NCBI GenBank assembly: GCA_965214095.1
Contig: OZ243938.1
Location: 2,208,001-2,272,000 of the forward strand
Direction of reading: 5' to 3'
Source: Candidatus Poribacteria bacterium
Lineage (GTDB): Bacteria > Poribacteria > WGA-4E > WGA-3G
Length of the DNA stretch: 64,000 nt
This document shows, in pieces, positions 39,166-48,821 of the stretch. Position 1 is the first letter of the stretch. Each line of letters begins with the position of its first letter. The position numbers and the translations under genes were made by a program. The notes below the pieces were generated by a model, which saw only the letters and a list, made by a program, of their open reading frames with translations, did not search any database and was not told the DNA's origin.

Positions 39166-40560
39166 ATGACATACTCCCAAGCCTAAAGGCATTGGGTTTC
39201 TTTATCACCTTATAGGTGACTCCACAAGGTTTAAGCCTGTGTGACGTAGGTGCCAGTTGAATTTGACACTTAGGGGGGATGCCATAACCCCGACTACAGA
39301 GTCTTTCAACTCTGATACTTTTCTATAGATGTTGATAGCACCAACACCATCTCTATGATACTTGAAACCACACGGACATTTATACTCACGTGTTGTCGGT
39401 TTCTTTCTATTGCCACACTTTGGACAGGTTTGTGATGTGTATGCTTCAGATACAGACTTCACATGTATTCCTGCCATTTCTGCTTTGTAGGTTATCATGT
39501 GTGTGATACGTGCGAAAGTCCATTGATGCACTTTCTGATTAGACTTTTTACTAAACTTCATATTCTCACGGATGCCTTTTAAGTCTCCTATCACAATCGT
39601 ATCTGCCTTCGCCTCTATGCAGTCAGATATAAACTTTGTTGTGATTTTATGTTCAGCATCTTTGAGTTGTGCATTCAGTTTGTCTAATGTTTTACGTTTC
39701 GCTTTTTTTAGTCTATACCAACGTCTTGAACGCCTTTTACAACGTTCTATCTCTTGTTGAAACACACCTTTTATCTTATTCTTATATCTCTGTATAGAAC
39801 GGATAAATCTACCATTATAGATAGTTGTCCGCTTGCCATCAAATGAAACTATTGGGTGTATCTCTCCCATATCAACTGATACTGTAATACCTGTATCTTG
39901 TTTCTGTGGTGTGTCTACTTGATAAACTAAAGCAAAGTAATATGCACCACGCTTAAAACACATCTCTACATACTTCGGTTTCTTATGAATGCCTTCAAGG
40001 ATAATAGGTGCATTCCCTTTGCCATTAGACAATATCAGTTTATTGTCCTTAATTCTAATAGCACCAGACTTCCAATGCACTTTGAAATGCTTTGGTGTCC
40101 GTTTCGGCGGTTTTGCTTCAGGGTTAGATTTCCTGACTTCAAAAAAACTCTTGAGACTATCAAAATAACTATCCGCACACGCTTGGACAGATTGACTATG
40201 TAATGCATAATCTCTATGACGCATGTATTTATGGACTGTGTTTTTAGACAACCATATACCTTTTTTCTTATGCGTTTTCCTAACAAGTGATACCACTTTA
40301 GAATAGCAACTCCCAGATGCACGTGCTAATAAATCTAATTGTTCAGTCCGTTTATGTTTCAATGTTTGTGTGAGATACATTGTGTTATCCTTTGCATTGT
40401 GATACCATTTCTGAATGGAGCGGTGGCACTCTCAAGTGAGAGGCAGAATCCACCGCCACAATGCACTAATGGTATAACACATTTTACCCAAAAAGTCAAG
40501 TATATTTGGCAGTGTTTCATCCCAAATCTAAAGAATTGGGCTTTCACACCGCAACGTTTG
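39166..40560 (-). mobile_element. IS200/IS605-family element, tnpB-only (IS1341-like)
   Basis: Subterminal hairpins CCCAATTC-TTTAG-ATTTGGG (left end) and CCCAATGCC-TTTAG-GCTTGGG (right end). TTAC|CAAA left junction, TCAT right end, no tnpA. Confidence 0.85.
39205..40380 (-). CDS. tnpB: TnpB RNA-guided endonuclease
   Basis: RuvC-I VSVDMG, IVIGDL, EAYTSQTCPKCG...CPCG Zn finger, RuvC-III HRD.VGAINI. 391 aa. Confidence 0.93.
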   Translation of the reverse strand: MYLTQTLKHKRTEQLDLLARASGSCYSKVVSLVRKTHKKKGIWLSKNTVHKYMRHRDYALHSQSVQACADSYFDSLKSFFEVRKSNPEAKPPKRTPKHFKVHWKSGAIRIKDNKLILSNGKGNAPIILEGIHKKPKYVEMCFKRGAYYFALVYQVDTPQKQDTGITVSVDMGEIHPIVSFDGKRTTIYNGRFIRSIQRYKNKIKGVFQQEIERCKRRSRRWYRLKKAKRKTLDKLNAQLKDAEHKITTKFISDCIEAKADTIVIGDLKGIRENMKFSKKSNQKVHQWTFARITHMITYKAEMAGIHVKSVSEAYTSQTCPKCGNRKKPTTREYKCPCGFKYHRDGVGAINIYRKVSELKDSVVGVMASPLSVKFNWHLRHTGLNLVESPIR

Positions 40561-40581
40561 GTAATTATAGTCTTTACGACC

Positions 40582-43560
40582 TTATTTTTCAAGGTTAAAA
40601 TGAAGCATACCGTTGTTTGCTGTGCCAACGTAAAGGATGTTACCCTCAATTGCAAGAGAGGTAATGTGATTAGGTATCTCCGAGACCATCTGTTTCCAAC
40701 TACCGCTTTCCAAGCGATAAACACCTGTGGTTTTGGTGATTCCATAGAGAGTCGCTCCATCAACAGCCATGTGCGCCATGATGAGATTTGTCCCATCTGT
40801 ATCGGTGACATCCCGCCAATTTTTCCCGTCATCTGATGAAGTTACACCTGCATCTGTTGCCACATACACGGTGGAACCCACAAACACAATCTCATTGAAA
40901 ACGTTAACAGGAAACGGTAGAGCTGATGTGAAATCAAGCCAATTAGTTCCCTTATCAAACGATGCGACAAGATGACCATCACGTTTCCCGACATAAACAG
41001 TATTTCCTGATGCTGCAAGTTTGAGATCTTTCTTTGCTATATCCAATGACAATTCAACAGTTTCTTCTTGTTCGGTATCATACCATTCTATATCCCCATG
41101 TTCCCATCGGAAAAGTTTAAAATTGTATTCCAAATAGAATGTCCCACCACTGACAGTTAACGCACCCTGTAAACCTTCCCGTATTAGGACCCGCTGTATT
41201 CGTTTATCCACTTTAACCAATTGCTTAAAGAATTGGTTTGCACCTGAAAAGTTGTTTTGTAATTGTTCAACAGATTGTTTCCTAAACAGTGCAACATCCA
41301 GTGGTTCAAAGTGGTCTGAGTCAAAAAGTGGTATATCCTGAATCCGCACGAACGTTCTACCATTTGCAGACAGGTGATATGGACTGACTCTATCCCCGCT
41401 TTCGCCGTTATAATTTACACTTGCATAAATTACGCCATCAGATTTGACTATATGATTAATATAGGGGGATGATTCTCTATGCGGTTTCGACATGAGTATT
41501 TCAACAGGAACGTTCATCCAAGACTTACCATTGTCCGCAGTTTTTATCACATCTGCTCCGAGTCTTCCATACAGAGTTGTCACTTCGTTTTGTTCATTAG
41601 CGTCACCCCTATCCACGACGAGATCATATAGAAATCCCTTATCCTTATCTGGAGTGATGTTCACCATGTTCCACGATTTACCGCTATCAGTTGAACGATA
41701 AAGACCATCGTTACTACCGACATAAATAGTATCTGAATTCACTACGACAGCAGGACTTATACTATCCATAAGAGGTGAGATGTCTGCTAATTGTGGAGAT
41801 AACCATGTGTATCCTCCATCGAGAGATCGTACCATGCCTCTCTCCATCAATAAAAGTGTCTCTCCGGCAGCAATTAGTTTTGCATCAGGTATAAAACCAT
41901 TTACTGCCCACGCGTTTATAGGGGTTATGTCATGCCACATATCTCCGAGTTTACTTCCGCGAAATACACCCCAACCTCGTTCATGTCCTCGCGCTACTTT
42001 CGCAGGAACATCCCAACCTTCACTAAGTTCTGCCAATACATAAACATACTCTTTATTAGTTGTAACTGAATACACCTGTTTGATTGACTCTGGTAATTTC
42101 ATGCGTTTCCACCCGTTGTCGTCCAAACGATAAAATCCGTCTACTGTTCCGGCAAAAAGTGTGTTTTTAACTTCAACTAAAGAATTAATTCCCGACAATC
42201 CATTACTAATACTTTGCCAAGTCTTGCCCCAATCTTTGGAACTATAAACACCACTGTCAAAAGCAATATAGAATGCGTGGTCCGTTAGAATCAACCCAAT
42301 AGGATTCTGATGCTTTTCCTTCCAAGAGTAAAGTAAATCCCATGTTTTTCCATCATCTGTTGACTCGTAAAGTTCAGAAGAGGGTAAAAAATACAAAGTC
42401 TTGTTCCACGTTCCAAGCAGTTGTTGTTGTCCCGATGGAATTTGATACAAAGATTCAATGTTAGAGATGTCTTGCCACCCTTTCCCGTTGGCAGGTAATT
42501 TGTAGATCTTCCCAGAAGACGGAATAAGCGTATACAGATCACCATCAGGCGATGCAAGAAAACTATGTGCGGAACTACCAAACATCGGTTTAGACGGTAT
42601 CCACACTTGCTTAGGAACAGAATTGTCTTCTCCTTCTGCTTCTGCAGCAGCCAATAGAACTTCTTCGGATTTCTTACCGAGACTATCGCTTACACTAAGG
42701 ACATTTGGATTACCAGGTTGATTTAATTCATCCTGCTTTGCATCTACATTCTGTACAATAGACGCGTCAACAATTTCTACTGTCATTTCAGCCTGAGCAT
42801 CTAAACTATAAGGTTTTTGGAAACGTGTTAAGTATTGACTGCCAATGCCGAACATCAAAACAACCATTACTATACTTGATACAGTAATTGCCCATGGCAT
42901 TATAGGTTTGCTCCCGGTAGGTGCTCCCGGTCTTAGTCTTGCTACCTTCTCCATGATATTACCTGTTAGGTTCGGTGAAATCTGAAAATGGTCAAGTGCT
43001 TCTCTAATCATCGTCTCCTCCTTTTGTAGACGGTTCCGCGCACGTTGCAATCGACTTTTGATTGTGCCCGCAGACACACCCAAAAATCGACTAATCTCCT
43101 CAACCGTCATTTCACCAAGATAATGGAGCGTCATTACTGTGCGTTCACTCTCTTTCAATTTCGCAAGCAGTTTTTTCACAATATCGCGTTGTGTCTGATT
43201 CGCAGTTTTTGCGCGCTCTTCTGCGACATGTTGTGAATAAGCATCTTCCTGTAGCATCGTTGTCTCAGTCTCCTCTAAAGGTTGCGTTTTTATCCGATTT
43301 TTGCGGATCCATGTGGCACAAAGACGTGTTGTGATTACATACATCCACCCAGAAAACATTTTTGGATCTTTCAGGGTATGAAGGCTCTGATATATGATAA
43401 GAAAAACATCTTGGGTGATATCTTCAGCAGTGTGAAAATCCCCTAATTTTCGCCAAGCAAGTGCGTGAACCGATTTTTGATACTTTTCTACAAGTTCAGC
43501 GAATGCTGTTTGATCATCATCAAGAATTCGTCGGATGAGTTCAACATCGTCGTTTTTCAT
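40582..43560 (-). CDS. ECF sigma-70 factor with TM helix and extracytoplasmic BNR/beta-propeller domain
   Basis: Sigma2 (AEDITQDVF, FSGW.Y.I) and sigma4 (EIS.FLGVS.GTIKSRLQRAR), a TM helix, then S.D.GK.W repeats. Confidence 0.88.
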   Translation of the reverse strand: MKNDDVELIRRILDDDQTAFAELVEKYQKSVHALAWRKLGDFHTAEDITQDVFLIIYQSLHTLKDPKMFSGWMYVITTRLCATWIRKNRIKTQPLEETETTMLQEDAYSQHVAEERAKTANQTQRDIVKKLLAKLKESERTVMTLHYLGEMTVEEISRFLGVSAGTIKSRLQRARNRLQKEETMIREALDHFQISPNLTGNIMEKVARLRPGAPTGSKPIMPWAITVSSIVMVVLMFGIGSQYLTRFQKPYSLDAQAEMTVEIVDASIVQNVDAKQDELNQPGNPNVLSVSDSLGKKSEEVLLAAAEAEGEDNSVPKQVWIPSKPMFGSSAHSFLASPDGDLYTLIPSSGKIYKLPANGKGWQDISNIESLYQIPSGQQQLLGTWNKTLYFLPSSELYESTDDGKTWDLLYSWKEKHQNPIGLILTDHAFYIAFDSGVYSSKDWGKTWQSISNGLSGINSLVEVKNTLFAGTVDGFYRLDDNGWKRMKLPESIKQVYSVTTNKEYVYVLAELSEGWDVPAKVARGHERGWGVFRGSKLGDMWHDITPINAWAVNGFIPDAKLIAAGETLLLMERGMVRSLDGGYTWLSPQLADISPLMDSISPAVVVNSDTIYVGSNDGLYRSTDSGKSWNMVNITPDKDKGFLYDLVVDRGDANEQNEVTTLYGRLGADVIKTADNGKSWMNVPVEILMSKPHRESSPYINHIVKSDGVIYASVNYNGESGDRVSPYHLSANGRTFVRIQDIPLFDSDHFEPLDVALFRKQSVEQLQNNFSGANQFFKQLVKVDKRIQRVLIREGLQGALTVSGGTFYLEYNFKLFRWEHGDIEWYDTEQEETVELSLDIAKKDLKLAASGNTVYVGKRDGHLVASFDKGTNWLDFTSALPFPVNVFNEIVFVGSTVYVATDAGVTSSDDGKNWRDVTDTDGTNLIMAHMAVDGATLYGITKTTGVYRLESGSWKQMVSEIPNHITSLAIEGNILYVGTANNGMLHFNLEK

Positions 43561-43611
43561 TTGCTATCTCCAAAAAGCAAGAGTGTGATTTATCATATAT
43601 CAAATTATAAT

Positions 43612-43639
43612 GTCGCAAATTAGGAGGAAAACGGTTGCA
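43612..43639 (-). promoter_or_regulatory. Candidate ECF-type (autoregulatory) promoter
   Basis: TGCAACC-N17-CGAC about 50 bp upstream of the ECF sigma gene, resembling AAC/CGxx ECF promoters. Confidence 0.45.
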
Positions 43640-43880
43640 TAATTCTTAAAAGGAGATATTATTCTTGTGAAAAAAGAGTTTAGGATAGAATGTGGTTAGA
43701 TCTGCGTGTCATTAATAGTGTCTATATGATTAGAGACTATACTGCAGTATAGCAACACCTTAATTAACCTTCAAGTCCGAATTAGGATACAGATTTTCCT
43801 ATATCAAAACACAAAGATTTGATAAAATAACTGTCAATTCACTTCAATAATCAGAAATCGATAAAGGAACAACAATAGAA

Positions 43881-45341
43881 ATGGAAAACCGACCAAACAT
43901 TTTATGGTATTGCACAGACCAACAACGATTTGACACCATTGGAGCATTAGGCAACCCGCACATCCACACACCACGACTGGACGAATTTGTTAGCCAATCA
44001 ACGTCATTTACACACGCCTATTGCCAGTCACCTATTTGCACACCCTCTCGTGCAAGCTTCATGACTGGTATGTATCCTTCAGCCATTAGCGTCACCGGTA
44101 ACGGCAACCCAGTTTTTCCAGAATATTATGAAGATAGGTTAATCTCACATGTGCTTGCAAACAACGGTTATGACTGCGGTTTGATCGGGAAACTCCATCT
44201 TGCAAGTGCCTTTGATGGACAGGAAAACCGTGTTAACGACGGCTATCGCTACTTCCAATATAGCCACGACCACGGTAAACCGAAGGCTTATGGACATGAA
44301 TACGCGGATTGGTTACGCGAACAAGGTGAAGACCTTGGAAAATTATTACAACAACGAGTCGTCAATCAAAAACCGAAGAAAAAGACAGGACAATTTCCTG
44401 AACCCACACCAGATTGCGATAATATACCACCACATCTACATCAAACCTTCTGGTGCACCGAAAAAACAATTGAATTTATTAACAAAAACCGAAAGAAAGA
44501 TCAACCTTGGATGCTAAACATAAATCCATTCGACCCCCATCCCGGATTTGATGCACCTTGGGAATATTACCGTCGCTACGACCCAGAAACATTACCCGGC
44601 TGCCACTATCAAGAAAGCGATATTGCCTTTCAGAATAAATTAACAAACGCAGGTATCGATTTTCAATCACAGGCAAAACCACCCGAAGAGTGGGACCATA
44701 AACAGATGCAGGCTTCTTATTATGCCATGATTGAACAACTTGACCACGACTTCGGACGGATACTTGACCACCTTGACGCTGAGGGACTTCGGGAAAATAC
44801 TATTGTCATCTTTACTTCTGATCACGGAGAATCACTCGGTGACCATGGTTTAGCACATAAAGGATGCCGTTTCTATGAAGGATTGGCAAGAGTGCCGCTT
44901 GTTATCTCTTATCCCACGCATTTTTTAGAAAACGTCCGAACTGAAGCACTTGTAGAACTGCTTGATATTGTTCCAACACTATATGACATATTAGGTATTG
45001 ACATCCCCTATTATGTCCAAGGAAAATCACTTGCACCATTGTTGTGTGGCGATGCACCTGTATCTGAACACAGAGAGGCAGTACGTTCTGAATTTTTCGG
45101 AGCACTTTCAACTGAAGACCAGACACACGCGACAATGTACCGAGACAGACATTGGAAACTCGTCACCTACCATCAAAAAGGTATATGCGAATTATATGAC
45201 CTTGAAAATGACCCGTGGGAACACAACGATCTTTCCGAACATACCGATTATCAAGATATCAAATGGGAACTGTTCCAAAAGAGTTTTGATGCAACTGTCT
45301 ACGCACATCCACAGATGATACCTCGTGTCGCTTCACATTAG
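43881..45341 (+). CDS. Sulfatase (Cys-type)
   Basis: RPNILWYCTDQQR, CTPSRAS, GKLHL, DPHP, TSDHGE. Confidence 0.92.
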   Translation: MENRPNILWYCTDQQRFDTIGALGNPHIHTPRLDEFVSQSTSFTHAYCQSPICTPSRASFMTGMYPSAISVTGNGNPVFPEYYEDRLISHVLANNGYDCGLIGKLHLASAFDGQENRVNDGYRYFQYSHDHGKPKAYGHEYADWLREQGEDLGKLLQQRVVNQKPKKKTGQFPEPTPDCDNIPPHLHQTFWCTEKTIEFINKNRKKDQPWMLNINPFDPHPGFDAPWEYYRRYDPETLPGCHYQESDIAFQNKLTNAGIDFQSQAKPPEEWDHKQMQASYYAMIEQLDHDFGRILDHLDAEGLRENTIVIFTSDHGESLGDHGLAHKGCRFYEGLARVPLVISYPTHFLENVRTEALVELLDIVPTLYDILGIDIPYYVQGKSLAPLLCGDAPVSEHREAVRSEFFGALSTEDQTHATMYRDRHWKLVTYHQKGICELYDLENDPWEHNDLSEHTDYQDIKWELFQKSFDATVYAHPQMIPRVASH

Positions 45342-45375
45342 TGTATGGGTTGAACCTTCAAAGAGGTAGAAATAG

Positions 45376-47286
45376 ATGACCCCAAGAGCCGTTCTCATCG
45401 GGTTAGCACTCGTCATCGTTCAAACAGCAATCACTCCATACAATGACTACTACCTTCAAGGAACAGACATCTCTGGTAACCACTTTCCATTAGGTGCAGT
45501 ATTCACGCTCATTTTTCTGACATTTGTCATCAATGCCATCGTGAAGAAGATATTACCAAAAGCGATGTTCAGTCCGGCAGAACTCATAGTCATTTGGATA
45601 ATGATGTGCGTAAGTTCAGCTATCCCTTCAAAAGGAATGATCGGATTTTTGCTGCCATATTTAGCCGCACCTGTCTATTTCGCTACATCTGAAAACGAGT
45701 GGGCAGAAACACTCCATCCACACCTACCTGAATGGTTAATCGTATGGGACAAAAGTGCTGTCACCAATTTCTACGAAGGAGAGTCGGTCGTTCCATGGCT
45801 ACTCTGGATAAAACCGATAATCGTGTGGTCCGTTTTTATCCTACTCCTCTATTTTCTAACTATCTGTGTCTCAATTGTTCTACGAAAACAGTGGGTAGAA
45901 CGCGAAAGATTTATATTTCCGCTTGTGACTGTCCCCGTAGAGTTGGTTCAGCAATCCGCAACGCAAGCCAAATTAGGTTCTCTTTTCAACAAAAAACTCG
46001 TATGGATAGGCTTTGGCATCGCTGCAGCTTTTCATCTACTCAACGGATTGCACGAGTATATACCTGCACTCCCCTCCATCCCAAATCGTTACGACCTATA
46101 CGCACCATTCACCGAACGTCCGTGGATTGTGATGAGATGGTGGCCCCAATTCAGATTCTTCCTATACTTCTCTGTTATCGGCATAACATATTTTCTTGCA
46201 ATGGACGTGTCGTTTAGTTGTTGGTTCTTCTTTCTGGTTTTCAAGCTTCAATATATCATAATCAACGCATTTGCAATCCCTATCAGTCCTTGGATATGTG
46301 CAAGAGGGCAGACAATGGCAGCTTATGTTGTAATGGTGATCGCTTTTCTCATTAACAGCCGCGCACACATCATGGACATTCTGAAACGCACATTCACCAA
46401 ATCCTCCTATACAAATATTGACGACACTAATGAAGTACTACCCTATAGATGGGCAGTTTTTGGAGGTCTCATCAGTTTTCTACTGCTTATCATGCTGTGT
46501 GCTTATGCGGGGATGTCGTTGTGGGTCGCGTGTAGTATCATTGTTCTGTTCCTAATTGTTTCCACTGCGTTGTCATGGATGGTAGTCAATGGTGGCATGT
46601 TGCTAATTCAAGCTCCGATGTATCCCGTAGAATATTTTGAGATTGTTACCGGTTCAAGAATCATCAACGCTAACAGTTTAGCACTCTTAGGATTTCAACG
46701 CGTCATGATGCGCGACTGGGGAGGTATTCTAATGCCGAGCGTTCTGCACGGGTTCAAAGCCGCAGACCCTGTCGGAGTAAATCGCAAAAAAATTCTCGGA
46801 GCAATGATGCTTGCAATCGTAGTCGCAATTGGTGTTTCTTTCGCTGCATCCCTACCACTGATATATGACAAAGGTGGCGTAAATCTGCAAAGGGGGCCAT
46901 TCATCGGAGCACCAAGATACTTCAACCACATCGTTTCCCTAATCCAATATCCCAAGGATATGAAATTAGGTGAAGCATACAGCATGCTATTAGGTGTTGG
47001 CATCACATCATTTCTACTCATCATGCAACGGCAATTTATGTGGTGGCAGCTGCACCCAATCGGTTATGTGATGGGAGCAGTATATTCCTCATATTTCCTC
47101 TGGTCCTGTATCTTTATCGGATGGTTTGTGAAGTTCTTAATCCTAAAATCAGGTGGAATAGGATATTATCGGCGGTACCGACCACTATTTATGGGATTGA
47201 TAGTCGGTGAATTTGGCATCGTCGGCGCGTGGATGGTGCTGGGAATGTTCACAGGTGTGAACTACCAAAATGCACTGCCAGGGTAA
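45376..47286 (+). CDS. Polytopic membrane protein, DUF6785/DUF6784-like (putative transporter)
   Basis: T.RAVLIG, ENEW, W..W..P, LRKQW...ER..FP, WW.LHPIGY. Confidence 0.75.
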   Translation: MTPRAVLIGLALVIVQTAITPYNDYYLQGTDISGNHFPLGAVFTLIFLTFVINAIVKKILPKAMFSPAELIVIWIMMCVSSAIPSKGMIGFLLPYLAAPVYFATSENEWAETLHPHLPEWLIVWDKSAVTNFYEGESVVPWLLWIKPIIVWSVFILLLYFLTICVSIVLRKQWVERERFIFPLVTVPVELVQQSATQAKLGSLFNKKLVWIGFGIAAAFHLLNGLHEYIPALPSIPNRYDLYAPFTERPWIVMRWWPQFRFFLYFSVIGITYFLAMDVSFSCWFFFLVFKLQYIIINAFAIPISPWICARGQTMAAYVVMVIAFLINSRAHIMDILKRTFTKSSYTNIDDTNEVLPYRWAVFGGLISFLLLIMLCAYAGMSLWVACSIIVLFLIVSTALSWMVVNGGMLLIQAPMYPVEYFEIVTGSRIINANSLALLGFQRVMMRDWGGILMPSVLHGFKAADPVGVNRKKILGAMMLAIVVAIGVSFAASLPLIYDKGGVNLQRGPFIGAPRYFNHIVSLIQYPKDMKLGEAYSMLLGVGITSFLLIMQRQFMWWQLHPIGYVMGAVYSSYFLWSCIFIGWFVKFLILKSGGIGYYRRYRPLFMGLIVGEFGIVGAWMVLGMFTGVNYQNALPG

Positions 47287-47432
47287 TCCACTTGTTATTA
47301 TACCATTTCTAATTAAGAACACACAATTATAGAAATAGCTGGTTAGTAGTCGCGCAATTCATTACACCTCGGACATTCTCTGCCTTAACCTAACCTACAA
47401 TTTACTTCATTTCTCTTATACCAAACTCACTT

Positions 47433-47569
47433 TATAGTAAAAACCATAATTATTTACACACTACGGTAGGTTCGGTTTCCTAACCGAACCGGTGTTTATT
47501 CAGTTTCATAGATGCGGTTAGGAAACCGCATCTACCGAGGAGTGTGCACGTATTTTACATTTCACTATA
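47433..47569. mobile_element. TATAG-type MITE with inverted REP doublet
   Basis: TATAGTAAAAACCATAAT...ACACT / AGTGT...TTTCACTATA. REPs at 47464-47492 and 47511-47537. Confidence 0.72.
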
Positions 47570-47791
47570 AAACCAAATTACCATTGAAATCCATTTTCTT
47601 GTTGTATAATTTTACAAATATTGTTAATATGCAATGTTATAGACAGTTTGAAAATACATGAGACAAACTCACGTTAAAATATGCAACACCCATTATTGTT
47701 TAATGGTGAATGTATTGAAAAGAATTGTGCCAATGCAAAAGGCACAAAAACTATATTCCGGAATCAAACTTCCATTATGGAGGAAACGAAG

Positions 47792-48592
47792 ATGAAATTT
47801 AGAAATCAGAGTAATACTTTACTACTATGTTTAGGTATCCTCATATTTGTGTTGTCTGTCACTGCTATCAGTCATGCCCGTGTCATTGAAGATGCAAATG
47901 TTGAAGTTGTCTACCTATTTGACGAAGGAGAAGGTGATGTCGCTTATGATTCATCTCCAAACGGACGCGATGGAACAATCATAGGTGCACAATGGGTAGA
48001 TGCTGTTTATGGAACCGGACTACAGTATGATGGCGAAGATGATAACCTGATTATTGATGGATATGCCGGGGTAGGGGGTACAGACCCACGGACTATCCTT
48101 TTCTGGTTTAAATCAGATTCCACAAGACAACATTCATGGGTCAAATGGGGACCGAATACTGCTGGGGCAAAATATTACATCCGAGCACACCCAGCAGGTG
48201 AAGAATGCTTCTTGAGAATTGAGGTTAACGGTGGACAAAATTACGGGAACGATAATGTCTGTGACGGCGAATGGCATCATTGTGCATTGGTTTTTCCCAA
48301 CGGTTCAGATTCTGTCCAAGACCACCACCTATATGTTGATGGTAATCTTCAAGAAAAGATTGGTAATGATCATGTGATGGACACGGGTGCTCAAGAACAA
48401 GTTGTGAACATTGGTGCCCGTCTCACTGGACACCATTTTTTACACGGTATTATGGATGAACTCGCAATTCTAAGCACTGACTTGGATGCAGATCAGATAA
48501 ATGATATAAAAGAAAACGGCTTGCATGGTTCTGTCAGTGTTGACCCGAAAGGAAAATTAGCCACCAGTTGGGCAAGAATTAAAAAGTATTAG
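47792..48592 (+). CDS. Secreted LamG/concanavalin-like protein with C-terminal VDPKGKLATSWARIK motif
   Basis: YLFDEGEG..A.DSS.NG.DG, DGEWHH, LYVDG, G.MDELAI. GGAGG RBS. Confidence 0.85.
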   Translation: MKFRNQSNTLLLCLGILIFVLSVTAISHARVIEDANVEVVYLFDEGEGDVAYDSSPNGRDGTIIGAQWVDAVYGTGLQYDGEDDNLIIDGYAGVGGTDPRTILFWFKSDSTRQHSWVKWGPNTAGAKYYIRAHPAGEECFLRIEVNGGQNYGNDNVCDGEWHHCALVFPNGSDSVQDHHLYVDGNLQEKIGNDHVMDTGAQEQVVNIGARLTGHHFLHGIMDELAILSTDLDADQINDIKENGLHGSVSVDPKGKLATSWARIKKY

Positions 48593-48618
48593 TCTAATTC
48601 AAGACTTGCACACAAACG

Positions 48619-48706
48619 GTAGGCGCGCTTTGTAAGCGCGCCTCTTTGCATTGCACACGGATACCATGTCCCACACTACTGTAGTACGGGTTTTCCGCTC
48701 CCCGCA
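48619..48706. repeat. Two GTAG-REP hairpins
   Basis: GTAGGCGCGCTTTGTAAGCGCGCC and GTAGTACGGGTTTTCCGCTCCCGCAC. Confidence 0.6.
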
Positions 48707-48821
48707 CTCCCGTTTACATCCACAACAATTCCATCTACCGTGCTGGCCGTGGATGTACGACTGAAAATGGCCGTGTGAATATTAATTGAATTTTAAGGAA
48801 CTGACATTTAGAGGAATATGA

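Noticed and set aside
40339-40836. Possible tnpA next to tnpB
   Set aside because: Neither overlapping ORF has HUH/Y1 or serine-recombinase motifs, and both overlap the ECF gene and the IS end.
47662-47673. Lone ACAAACTCACGT end resembling the TIR at 1968-1982, plus unpaired TATACC ends at 47299 and 47417
   Set aside because: I found no matching partner ends or TSDs. They are probably decayed MITE fragments, so I did not call them as elements.
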